Source: Chiloscyllium plagiosum
Lineage: Eukaryota
DNA length: 37,795 bases
NCBI RefSeq assembly: GCF_004010195.1
Contig: NC_057760.1
Coordinates: 1,003,909 to 1,041,703 of the forward strand
Reading direction: 5' to 3'
Made by a program: the position numbers and the translations under genes. The number at the start of each line of letters is the position of its first letter. Position 1 is the stretch's first letter. Under the pieces are notes generated by a model that was not told the origin of the DNA, did not search any database, and saw only the letters and a list, made by a program, of their open reading frames with translations. Below, piece by piece: positions 10,696-22,785 of the stretch.

Positions 10696-13600
10696 GAGTA
10701 AGCAAAGGTGGGGTAGCGTTGAATAGCTTGTGGAGGTGGTCTTGAACAAAAGGCAAAGGGTGTGTTAATGATGGTAAAGGAGAAAGAGTGATGTGAAATA
10801 GGTGTAAATGAAAGTGCAGAGAGGTGGAAAAATCTCTGCTGGGGAGGCGGTGGGAGGGTTTAAAAAAAGAGAAAACCCAAGGAAACCACAGGACAGAGGT
10901 CACGCTCTGACATTGTTGAACTCAAGTCTAAAGGCTGTAAAGTGCCCGAGCAGATGTTAACCAGTCACGAACTCTAAACTCTGAATTGCCTCACCAAACC
11001 TTTCCCGTTCAAATGCCTCTGGAAAACTCCCTCTTTGATCAAGCGTTTGATTACCAGTCGTGATATTTCCTTACAAATCCTGGCATCAAGTTCTGACTTA
11101 TAATGTCCCTGTGACGCTATGTGGGACATTTATCACATTGAAGTCGCTAGGTAAAGTACGAACTGTTGTTGTTTATAAAGATAGGAGCTCGTGTTGCAGT
11201 GGGTAGTGTGCCTGACTGAGATGTTCTAGTTTTATGTTCCACTCCAGGATGTGGGTAATGCAGCCAAACAGATTGGTTATCTGCCAGTCAATCCTTCAGA
11301 TATACACCTCATCAGTCGGTAACAGTATGAGAGAGTATCCTGATCAACCAGGCCTGATACAACGTGGCACCCTTTAAGCACCTGGCAGCCCCTTCCATGA
11401 AAAAGGAGTCACGCTAACGGACATAAGCTTTGTTTGCTTTGATGCCACAGGCACGGAAGAGGTCATTTGCTAGCAAAGAACCTGGAAAGGAGGATGCTGG
11501 ATCAAAACATAATTGCGAGGAAATATTTATAACAATATGCTACATATCAGTTTTGCAATTGTGAGAGAGAACTATGCCTTGCTGAATTTCTAAGACCACA
11601 TCAAGTACCAAGGGGACATTGAAAAATGTTAAGAAGAGTGTGTAAAGTATTGGTAATCTCCCACTGACATATAGGCAGTTAATCATTGATGACACAGAGA
11701 GCAATCCAGCAAAGTATTGTACAAACTGACTACACCGATGGAGGACATGATTGATATGTGTAAGGGGTGGGGAGATGTCACAGATAGGATCAGTGAAAAG
11801 GAGCTTTTCCCCTTGGGGAGGGATCAGTGATCAGGGAGCACAGATTTATGACAAGATTTTTGATAAGGATATGAGAAAAACATTTCTCTCCCCAAGCGCA
11901 GACACCATGGGCCAAAGGCCTTTTTCTGTGCTTAGTGGATCTACAGCTCTAACACTGCAGTCAGTTCCTTTGCTGAAACACTCCGAAACATGCCCTTGTC
12001 AATTCCCACAGACGTCGTCTCAAATCAATTTCACAAGAATGCTGCCTACTAGCTGGCAAGACATCAAGAGATTTACACAGCTCGGAGTTGGTAGTCCTTG
12101 GCAAGTATCACTGTGTGTATCTCAAGTCGACTTTGCAACCAAGCAGAACCCTTCCTCATGAGTCAGATGCTTCATAGTAGATAAGCGGAGTCCAAAATGA
12201 ACCTTGGTTAATCGGTCATAATTGCGTTGAAGCAATTAAGAAGGAACTTGCCTTTATACAGTATATTTCACAATGTCAGGACATTCCAAAGTGCACAACA
12301 GTCAATTAAATACTTCTGAAATTTTAACATGGGAAACAGACAGGGAGGTCAGATGATCATTGGGAAAGTTTGTCTGATGGCCAGACAGGTAAAAGTTGGC
12401 AACATAAAATAAACCACCCAAGTCTGCCCTCACAGCAGGACAGTAGTAACATTCTCCGTGTCACCAGTTTGCGAGGGATGTGAAGGGCAATTATAAACTG
12501 CCCGGGGTCTTTACAGCCAAATACAATACCAGCCTGTCCATTTTAAAAATGTCGATGCAGAAACTGGATGAAAACAGAATGGGCCTTTGTTCTTCTCTTC
12601 CCTCACCTCTAAAGCCAACAGCTCGCAGAGGTCAAAAAGCAAACCTTGCAACAGGACTTGGACAAGGACTGAAGACTCTCAGTGGCAGCAACGAAACAGG
12701 AGTCAAGCAGCATGCAAAAACATCACATCAAAACATATTGCACACTACAAACTCAAAACCCTAGCTAAAACACTACAGTAAAAATAAACTTCACACTCGA
12801 CAGAAAACATGCCTTCATTTTTCTGATGCAAGAATCATTTACACGTAGAAGAAACTCCCTTACCTTTCGCCGACTTCTGAACAGAACAAAAGTGCCTTGG
12901 ATTCAGACTTTAGTCAACACGTGATTCCCGACCTAGTCATGAGGAATGCAAAGCAACTCACTATCTAACCTTTTCTCAAACCAGTGCTGATAACAGAGCC
13001 TACAGAGTGCCTTTGGAATATCCAGTCAGAGTCAGCCAGGCGACACCAGAAACCACAGCTGCATGCACACACATACATACCCACCTAAAATGGGCACACT
13101 TCCACCAGAGAATTAACACAACTCACAGTCGGTGTAATTACAGACTACAGCAACAAATTAAATGGTTTGCTTATCGCATGGCTGCCATACCAGTTAAAAA
13201 TATTCTGTTTTGCAAAGCAAGTTTACACTTAACTGGAGGTCAAAACTGATACCGATATAAATCTGAATCATTAAATATTGAAATACCTATTACAAAGTTG
13301 TCACCTGTTACTTTCCTTGCATTCCTCAGTCAGGTTTTGCAATAACCCTCTGCCTGGTAATAGGAATTTAATTCCTTTCCTAATGCCCACCCCATCCCAT
13401 GCCTGCATCCCCAAAGTTGTCAGCTCTCCTTGGCATCATGGGCAAGTCTAGTCCTTCTGGACAGCCAAACAGATGAGAGTTCTAAAAGCCAATCAAACTC
13501 CTGATGCAGCATACCATGTAAAGACAGTGTGGAGCTCTGGACAAGGTGAGGTTCTGACTTTGTGGTTTGTGCAAGCAGAGAGGTGGGGAGACAGCAAGGG

Positions 13601-14977
13601 TGAGCAACAAAAATGAGAAAAAGACATGTGAATTTGTCAAGGTACAATATTGAGAGATTTCTACGCCATCCCAATTCATTGTTATTTGTCCTTTAACATC
13701 CCTTTAACTTGTGCCCTGCCCTTGGGTTCTGTCCTCAGATCCCATAAATGTCCTGCTGGCAATTAAAATAGTACAAGGCCCACTAGATAGTATAATTGCA
13801 AGTGAGACAGCTGCAAAGTTAAAATTCGCTGCCTGGTAAACCAGCATAGCAGCACACTTTCACAATGTAAGAGGTTTGAAACCAAGGATCCTCCTGTCAC
13901 TGAGATAGCACCACAGGTATTTCAAGTATTACCTGAAAGGGCGGCAGGAGGAGATTGAACAGCAACGTTCACAAGGGAGTTGCATAAATATTTTGGAAAG
14001 GGACAAATTTGAAGAGGTATGGAGGAAGGAACTCACCGAATAGTTGTACCCTCCTAGTTAACCCCTCAGGATCAACAATAACTTGTTTTCAGTTCTGACA
14101 AGCCCACCTGTGGAATCTGCCATGTGTGGAACAAGTGGTATTTGTAGGGTTGGGTAGGTGGGCTGCTGTTTGGAGGATACCCATATCGAAGAGAGCCAGA
14201 ACAGCCAACAGAGACTCCCGCTGCTGTCACGATTCCATAGAAGTCGGCTATTCGTCAGCCACAGGTATGCCAGCTAGTCACTGGAACCTGCTGTGTATTT
14301 CAGTCTGCTCAGAGCCTAAACAAGCCATACTCCCCACACTGAAGGAGAAAGCAGATTTTCATAATTGGAGTCACAGTTGGGTGAAGCTAATGTACCAAGG
14401 AAATGGTGGTTAGCTCTCTGATCCGATGGCTGCAAACTTGCACTGCCTCTTTGTTGAGTTTTTTTTTCCCTCGAGAGGTAACTTAGTTCATGCTGTCAGC
14501 AGCCAACCACTTGCTAACTGTTGCTGGGTTCCTCTGGAGAGGAAGCCAAATGAAGCCAGGTCTGAATCCCCGCACATCAGAATCATGTTGTGCACATCGC
14601 TACAATTGACTATTGCATTGGCATGAGAAAGGCAACAGTTGATTTGCCATCTTGATGAGATTGAACGGTGATCGAGGAACAGGGAGGGAGGGACGCCACA
14701 ATTTATAAAAAAAGCTATGCTTCAATCTGATTTCAGAATGCAGTTGCGATGTAAACTAAGTTCAATTGTTCCTCAGCCAGGTAATTATAACAACCATCAT
14801 CTTCATTTTAGAATTTGCTGCTGGCTTTTTAAAAAAATAACATACATGTTCAAAGAGCTGCACTATTTATCAAGTCTCCCAATCATGTTTTAAAATGTCT
14901 TATAGTTGCATTTCAACTTCACTTCAGGAAGTTAAGAGTTACAGCACGCTGGGTCTATACCAACTCTCTCTAATCAA

Positions 14978-15188
14978 GATTTGGAGGTGCCGGTGTTGGA
15001 CTGGGGTGTACATAGTTAAAAATCACACAACACCAGGTTATAGTCCAACAGGTTTAATTGGAAGCACACTAGCTTTCAGAGCGATGCTCCTTCATCAAGA
15101 CTATCACCTGATGAAGGAGCGTCACTCCGAAAGCTAGTGTACTTCCAATTAAACCTGTTGGACTATAACCTGGTGGTGTGATTTTTAA
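14978..15188. mobile_element. Non-autonomous PLE mini-element: inverted pLTR hairpin with 12-bp TSD
   Basis: Arms 15014-15097 and 15109-15190 are near-perfect inverted repeats; TSD ctctctaatcaa at 14966-14977 and 15189-15200. Confidence 0.85.
15105..15139 (+). ncRNA. Minimal type-I hammerhead ribozyme motif
   Basis: cac-CUGAUGA-a-GGAG-cguca-CUCC-GAAA-GC-UA-gug; stem I CAC/GUG, palindromic AGCU, predicted cut after 15136. Confidence 0.75.
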
Positions 15189-16287
15189 CTCTCTAATCAA
15201 TTTTACTTTCTCAGAATCCAATTGGATTAGACTTTTGTTTCAGGCTAAAAGTGAAAAATGTTTCCTCTCTTTGCAAAAACACTCAAAGCACTCTGAAGTA
15301 CAGCTCAGAGTGAAATTACAATGCTTCTAACTTCCTATCTCAGAAAACAAATCTTTAACGTGAGCAAGGTGACAGCCTCCCTCATGTGTATGGTTGCTTT
15401 TAAAGCTATGGTATGTAACGATCACCACAGAGACTGATAACTTAAGATGACAGCTTTGAACCTCTGGCTGCTAGCTGAAAAAAATGACCCATGTTATAGC
15501 AGACCTCCACAAAAACAACGTACAAATAGTTCGAAGTGAAATTTACCTCATCCTATTGGCATCGATTTGTCTATATTTACCCAGGTGACTCTTCCCGGGC
15601 ACTAGATGGCAAAACTCAAGTGGTCTATTCGACAGCTGAACCATTAAAGCTGGGCCTAATCCTATCCCCAGTGTGAACACAGGAATGCATTCTCCAACAG
15701 GAAGTACTGGGAAATAATTGAGATCATTAACCACAGGAGAATGTTCTTCCCCGCCCAGTTTAGGATAACAAGACCCTTGGTACACATTCATTTAATGGTA
15801 GACTGGGTGAAGATTCCTCAACTTGGATAACCAAGTGTCGCAGTGAATCGCCTGGGGTTTTCCTTTCCAATTTGGCACGTTTTCTCACCTTCCACAAGCA
15901 GACTTAACATTTACATAGGAAGGGAGCTATGGGGGTGGAGAAACAGCAGTCATACAGTGCTGAAATGACACTATACTGAAGTGGGAAAAGCTTCACCATC
16001 AGATATTCTCACCCTCCCTCATAGTTTATATGGTTGATTTTAAGTTACCCAAGCTAGGTTATGTAATGATCTCCACTGATAACTTCAAAAGAGAGAGAGA
16101 GAGTTTCACATGTCTACCTGCCAGCTGAAATAATGATTCACATTCTACAGCACTTACTACGACAAATGACTAATAATACACTATTAACTAAACAGTTTCC
16201 TTTTCAGAGTCACTTATACTTTTAAGTACAGAAAACAACATTCTATTTGTACGCTGACCATCCATGTACTCTTCATGAAATTACTAA

Positions 16288-16455
16288 CAAAATCAGAAAG
16301 TGCCAGGGAAAGCTCCGTAAGTCTAGCAGCATCTGTGGAGAGGCAGCAGAGTTAATGTTTTGGGTCCGGATCCGAAGAATGGACAGTGGTCCTGAAAAGT
16401 TAACTGCTTTCTCTCTCCACAGATGCTGCCAGACCTCCAGCACTTTCTGATTTTG
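16288..16455. mobile_element. Older PLE-derived inverted hairpin
   Basis: aaatcagaaagtgc / gcactttctgattt and gcagcatctgtggagag / ctctccacagatgctgc; decayed core ccgaagaatgg...cctgaaaagtta. Confidence 0.65.
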
Positions 16456-17329
16456 GTTCTGATTTCAATTACAGTCCCTTTAGCAAAGAGTTCACAGTTG
16501 CTTCCACATTTCAACGAGTTCCAAATCTTACTTTGCAGCGTAATAACTCAGAGTCACTGCCTGCAAGAGATTTTGATTTGCTGCTTGATTTTTGACAAGT
16601 TTCTCAAATTCTCCAGCAACAGTAAAGCCTATTCTGATGATTCTTCCTGTCCCAGTCACATAAAACCCTTTGATAGCTGCAGAATGCTTCTCTTTGACTA
16701 GAGACCAGACCCTCTGACATTTGGTTATAGTCGCTCACAAAGTAAACTATCCTCTTTTTCTGACAGAACGTTGCTAGGTGAGCATGCGTTGCCCATTCCC
16801 AACTGCCTTCGAGAAAAGCAGAACACGGTGTTACTCAATACATAGAGAAGTCTGCACTCTCAATCAAAGAATAGTTACCTCTGACCATGATAACATGAAA
16901 CACTAAGCTCTTAATCAAGATAGAAAAGCTAATTAGTTACTTGAGATCCCAATTCTCTTTTAATCTTAAAAATAAGTGAACAAATCGCAACACAACTACT
17001 AACAATCTATTTTGTTCCTGCATTTACAAACCATGACCTACAAACATTTTCCACGGACTCAGGGAAACTCAGGAATCCCCTGCATTGTTGCCAAGTGTAA
17101 ATACCTCGAGTTCTTCTCTCAGGAAAACAGCTCAAGATTGCTCTGGATCTCCAGAATAATCAGACCAGCCAGACCCCCAGTATTTAAGATGCAATCTTAA
17201 AGTATAATAATCTTATAAAACCTCACAATTCTAATTTAATTCTAAATTCCAGGAGACTGCTGCCATGTCAGCTTGTTATAATTACGCTGCAAAATCTGGC
17301 TCTCTTCTTAGAATTACAAATTTACAAAT

Positions 17330-18100
17330 GTATTTTCATGGGCCGAGAGAGTTTGCTGTGTTGGTGAAGGAAGCGGAGCTTGATAGACAAGGTAGTTGGC
17401 CCCAACACCTCAATCAACGCGGCTCAAGTGTGCAGTAGGCTTCCAGACGAACTGACCCCTGTCCGTCAGAAACTTAACACAAGTCCAGTGCCACAGAGCC
17501 TCCCCATAATTGGAACCATCTCATGGAAATCCGCCCTGTGCCCTTTCAAACAGCATGGAGGCATTTTCTGTGTGGCTGATGCTGATCATCCTCCACGGCT
17601 ACAGACACGCCTTTGGGGGTGGGGTCTTCTGTCCCCTGGCAATGGAGGTCCGCAGTGGAAAGCTCTCTACAAAAGATGGTCCTGCTCTCTTACATCAGAG
17701 ATCTGGGGGTAGACAGCGCTCCACATGATAGTCCTGTGAAACCATAGGTTGGCTACTAGACCATGTGCACATTCTGCAGCTTGGAGAAAACAGTTTGCCA
17801 TGATGGTATTGCATGCATCTGCTTGCAGCCTCTTTTTTTTAAGGGGCTGCTGCTAAAATTTTGTTTGCACTTCAGCCCGGTGCTCCTGATGTAGGGGGAA
17901 GGGAAGACAAGTCTGAAGACCTTCTCGTGGTACTGTTCCCGGGCTTAGCCAAGATGGCCATTAACAGGTTCGGGCAGCGGGCTGTGAAAGGGCTTGTCGT
18001 TCCTGACTGCCTGCCCCTCTTTCATGGTTACATTTGTGCTCGGGTGTCCCTGGAGAGGGAGCAAACGGTGCTCACTGGTACAGCTGAGATCTTTCATTCT
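17330..18100 (+). mobile_element. Degenerate Tx1/L1-clade LINE ORF2 C-terminus (zinc-finger region)
   Basis: Frameshifted GGPQWKALYK, IRDLG, CTFCSLEKTVCH..IAC..LQPLF (CCHC-like), then DLLVVLFPGLAKMAINRFGQRAVKGLVVPDCLPLFHGYICARVSLERE. Confidence 0.7.
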
Positions 18101-19554
18101 GTGCCGTACATCTCTACGACTATGACCAATGGATGCCGCAGTGGCTGGAGTGCGTCATCAGCTTAGAAAACGATAGAGCGAGTTTCGGGTCCGTTATACA
18201 GGTCTCCATTCGACCTCTGGTATTTGTGTTTGATTTCAGTACGGTGCCCTGACAGGAATCGATTGTTCTTCTGTTATCACTTTAGACTTCCTGAAAGAAC
18301 CAAGGAAGCCTTTATTTTAAATTCCTGTTGTCCCTGTCCCTCCCAGAAGCATTGGATGGAGTCAGTGTGAGGGGAGCTTTATTTTCAGTTCCAACAAGAA
18401 GAAACTTTCCTCTATTTCAACCCATTGTTGCCCCTGCAGCAGGGACAGAGCTGAGGCGGCTTTACTTTGAATCCAAATGACTAACGAAAAGTTTACTCTA
18501 TGTTTTAACCCCTTGTTGTCCCTATCCCAAGAGTACTTGAGTAGCGAGGGAACTTTGTTTAGGAGTTCCAAGGGGTTGTAGAAATTACTTTTCTCTTTTT
18601 GGCGTTTATTTAACCCGGTGCTGTCCCTAACCCTGGTGTGTCTGGTGGGTGCGATGTTGAAGAGAGTTGACTTTTCCGTTTACATCTTGTTTGAAAGAAT
18701 GGAAAGTGGAGTCCAGTGTAAACGCTGGGAGTTGACTGATAGTTGTAGATGCGGTGAAATCTGACAAGAAAGTGATTTTACGATGCTTGCTAGTCCCAAT
18801 TTCTCTCAGCAACATTCATAGTGACTGCAATGACTTGCATTTACCTAGCACCTTCGGTAAAAAGCCAAAGCCTCACAGGAGTTATCAAACAAAAATGTAA
18901 GTTCGATTTTGAGAAGCATCTTAAAAAGATGCAGGGAAGAGGTGGGGATGTTTAGGGCACTGACAGATTAAAAGGTAGGACCCCAAACAATGGGTGTGGT
19001 GGGGGGAGACAAAGGAAGGCAGCAGATTCAAGACCCCCTCCCCCGGCAAGAGGTCAGACATACAGCACAGATGGGGATGGCATGCCAGTGGAAAAAAAAC
19101 TGACATCAATAAAAATGCTTTAGAAATGGAGAAAGGCAGGACATGTACAGCAGGAAGTGGGATAGAAACTGGAGAGAGTTAGGAAAATTGGCAAGATTTG
19201 AGTTTATTGAGGGAGCATGACCAGAAGCACGTTGGAAACTCACTAAAATCTGAAATTCCAACAAATGCCTCATTTGCAGGAATCCACAGCACTGACAAAC
19301 AATTCCCGAAGTCAAGCAGTACAGACTCAATCGCAGCAAGTCGAGAGTACAACTGGAACAGAACGTCCCCTCTTCTGACACTCCCAGTCACTGACGCCAC
19401 CACATTACCGGCTACCTTCCAAGACCTCGCCCGACTGGCTGCTCATTCATTGAGTAGGTTCAAAGCAAAGATCAATACATTCCAAGGTACTAACAACGAA
19501 TGGATACAGAGGTAGCGGGGAGAGAAAACAGCTGACAGATCGAAGATCAGGTCA

Positions 19555-19862
19555 GTGGTTAGCACTGCTGCCTCACAGCGCCAGGGGCCAGGGTTCAATT
19601 CCCACCTCGGGTAACTGTCTGTGTGGAGTTTGCACATTGTCCCAGTGTCAGCGTGGGTTTCCTCTGGGGGCTCCAGTTTCCACCCACAGTCCAAAGATGT
19701 GCAGGTAAGGTGAATTGGCCATGCTAAATTACCTGTAGTCTTAGATGCAGGGGTAAATGTAGGGGAATGGGTCTGGGTGGGTTGCTCTTCGGAAGGTTGG
19801 TGTGGACTTTTTGGGCCGGAGGGCCTGTTTCCACACTGTAGGGAATCTAATCTAATCTAATC
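19555..19862 (+). mobile_element. HE1/V-SINE-like tRNA-derived SINE
   Basis: gtggttagcactgctgcctcacagcgccagggg, B-box ggttcaattccc, core gtgtggagtttgcacatt...gcgtgggtttcc, (aatct)n tail. Confidence 0.85.
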
Positions 19863-20079
19863 AGCATGACTTTATAGAGTAGCAAAGCAGGTTTGATAGA
19901 GCAAATTGCCAACCCCAGCTCCCATTCCCTTGGTTTCATGTTCCAGTCACCAGTGATCAGGAGCACAGGAAATCCCAGCTGATATATTTGCATTTTTAGT
20001 GCAGAGAATTCTTTTTTAATTCTTCCATGTGAGGCCAGCACTTGCTGCCAGTTCCCAACTGCCTCTTTGTCTCTAACCA

Positions 20080-20235
20080 AGAAACTGCAAGATGCTGGAA
20101 TCCAAAAGTAGACAGGCAGGAGGCTGGAAGAACACGGCAAGCCAGGGCAGCATCAGGAGGTGGAGAAGTCGATGTTTCGGGTGTAACCCTTCTTCAGGAC
20201 TGTGGGGTGGGTACAGGAGGAGCTGCAGATAAAGT
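20080..20235 (-). mobile_element. PLE pLTR fragment
   Basis: aactgcaagatgctggaatcc...gcagcatcaggagg...gtttcgggtgtaacccttcttcaggact, followed by a G-rich stretch. Confidence 0.7.
20167..20201 (-). ncRNA. Minimal type-I hammerhead ribozyme motif
   Basis: Minus strand AGUC-CUGAAGA-a-GGGU-uac-ACCC-GAAA-CA-UC-GACU; 4-bp stems I and II are perfect. Confidence 0.7.
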
Positions 20236-20289
20236 TGGGGGGGGGGGGGGGGGGTCACTGCGTTGTAGCAGTGAGAAAGGGTCTCACTT

Positions 20290-20560
20290 GAGCAGAGTTG
20301 CTTGCTAGGACCTTTTCAGAGGACAGTTAAGAATTAACCCTATTATTGTGATCCATACATATGTTTAAGTACAATAGATTTCCTTCCTTTAAGGAAATCA
20401 GTGAACCAGATGGGTTTTTACAATCAGTGATGTTAACTGTCACAGTCACCATCACTGACACCGGCTTTCAATTTATACTTGTGTCACCACAGTATCAGCC
20501 TGAGCCTCTGGATTGTTAGCTCAATGCAGTGACAATTACCAATAGACCACCATCACCTCC
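20290..20560 (-). mobile_element. SINE (family of 1560-1820)
   Basis: agatttccttcctttaaggaaatcagtgaaccagatgggtttttacaa...ctctggattgttag...gtgacaattacc. Confidence 0.5.
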
Positions 20561-21141
20561 AGCACAGCTGAGATGGACCAACTTGCACTATACCTTCCCA
20601 AATCTGGGAATTTTCTTCATGATGAGCAATACAACTTGGAATTCACAGGAGGAAGCTACCATCTACTTCTGGCACTTTGCAGACCAAGCAAACAATGTGG
20701 TGTAGACTGTCTGTCTCCTCCCGCAATAACTTGCTGAAGCATAAAACTGCCAGAGTCCTTACTGTCTTCCAGCATCAGTTCCCACTGGCTTACAGCCTAT
20801 TCAGAGGGATAACCAACCAGCAAACCCGAAGTAGATGTGGGAAACACACTGCCTGCCATATGCATCACACTGACGTCAAGTCCATTTATCAGGCTCATTA
20901 CATCCAACATCCCTGTGGAAGCACAGGTAACATCAAACTTTACAAAGATGGAGGACTCCCTTCACCAGCAAACATTTCACTTCCCCTCCCCCCACCCTCC
21001 CCCCTCCCCCCAACCCCAACCACTTCATGCCCTCTTTAAAATAGCCCCCTGACTGCATTTTTCCTGCCTCTGTACGACAGCTTCTCATCACTACCTGAAA
21101 ACATCACCAAGGACCATCTACGGGGCCGACAGAAGACTCAC

Positions 21142-21181
21142 CTCAGGTTGAGGCGTGGTGGTGGGGTTTACTTTCCTCATT
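21142..21181 (-). other. Candidate 40-nt exon of the putative minus-strand gene
   Basis: ttttgtttcatctttccaattAG|AATGAGG...CCTGAG|GTGAGT; splice signals only. Confidence 0.3.
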
Positions 21182-21569
21182 CTAATTGGAAAGATGAAAC
21201 AAAATGGTCATGCACTATAAAGTTCAGAGAGGAACGTTTGCACATAGACATACCAGCTGCCTCAGCACCCAGGCGGTGTCAGGCTTTCGTGTTTGCTAGA
21301 TTTGGAGTTGGACATTTTGTACCAATCTGGGATGCAGGGTCACGTGGAGTGTGGGAATGGATAGGTGCAGAAGCACTGAAACAGGAGTCCGCAGCAACTC
21401 ACTGCTTAGCCAAATGTCCAGCTAAGTTAATTTTAATTCAGGTAACGTGTTAAAGAAAGTGTGTAGCATAATCTAAAAATTCTTTTTGAACAAGTGCGGT
21501 TTTCACACAGCTGGCTTTGGAAGAGTGGGCCACATTCACTTAAGGCAGGCAGCAATTATTATGCATTCT

Positions 21570-21815
21570 ATGTAGAAGGAAGCACTTCTCCGTTCAGAGG
21601 GTAGTGAATCTTTGCAGTACTCCACAGCCCTTTGGGGTAGAGAATCAGTCATTGGACATGTTCAAGAATTAGAGTCGATAGATTTCTACATATGCAAAAC
21701 ATAGAGGGATATGGGGTTAGTGTAGGAAAATGGTGTTGAAGACAAAAACCTTGCCATGATCCAATTCAATGGCACAGTGAGCTGGAAGGGCCAAATGGCC
21801 TGCTCCTATTTCTTG
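21570..21815 (+). mobile_element. CR1 3' tail
   Basis: ttctccgttcagagggtagtgaatct...gatagatttct...gaagggccaaatggcctgctcctatttct. Confidence 0.6.
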
Positions 21816-22449
21816 CTCTTTCTTAAAACTACAGTCTATCTCATTTACACAGCCTGAATGTAATTTCGTTTTGTTGCGAAGAACTTAATTCCTGTACTGT
21901 CGCATTATTTATGTTGCTTAATCTAAACTATTAGATGATTGTGCATTTTTAGGGGCAGAAGTGACTTTGAATCCATCAGTGGACTGCATTCGCAAAAGGC
22001 ACTGTTATTATGCAAATGGTTGACACAACCACTGAGGAATTTTGATTGCACTGGAGGCAGACACACCTGAACTTATTGACTTTTCTAAAATAAACACAGT
22101 GGAGGTTATACCTTTTTGAAAAAGGGAACACTAAAAAAGGTATACAATTTGAAGTTGGGGATCTTGTGGTGAAATGGTACGGCCCCTACCTCTGGGCTCA
22201 AGTCCCACCTACTCCAAAAAAGTATGCATTTCTGTGTAGGTTAATTAGAAAATAGCTCCAACCTGCTGTAAAACAATCGAGAAAGCTAATGTATTCATAA
22301 AGCTGGGAAACAGAGTAAACCTTGGCTGGGTTATCACTATGGAGAAACAAAATGTGGGAGCAAATTACAAACAAAAAGACCTTTCAGGCAAAGATTCAGA
22401 ACTAACTTGATTTGTCACTTGGGGATTACTCTGTATGGTTTCATGAGAC

Positions 22450-22740
22450 AGGATGACATTCGTTGCCCATCCTTAATTAATTGAGTGCCTCACTAGAATC
22501 ATTGCAGAGTCAGCCACAGTTACTGTGGGTCCACAGTCACATATAAGCCCAGACCTGTAAGCACAGCAGATCTCCTCAAGGACATCCCAAGGGTTTTTAC
22601 AATATCGTTGGTCATTGTCACCATCACCGAAACTAGCTTCCGATTCCAGACTTCTTGATTATAAAGCCACCAGCTGCTGTAGGCAGGCTACAATACCATA
22701 ACTACAGGACAACCAGGTAGAGTATTCCACAAATATAACC
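22450..22740 (-). mobile_element. SINE (family of 1560-1820)
   Basis: ttgcccatccttaatt...gtgggtccacagtcaca...gtcaccatcaccgaaactagcttccgattccaga. Confidence 0.5.
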
Positions 22741-22785
22741 ACTACATGGTTGATGGGCAACAACCAACTGGGGTAGGCCAAACAC

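Noticed and set aside
19555..19610. tRNA-like A/B boxes here and near 11185, 22160, 33600-33735 and 35050
   Set aside because: They run into SINE bodies and form no complete cloverleaf; not tRNA genes.
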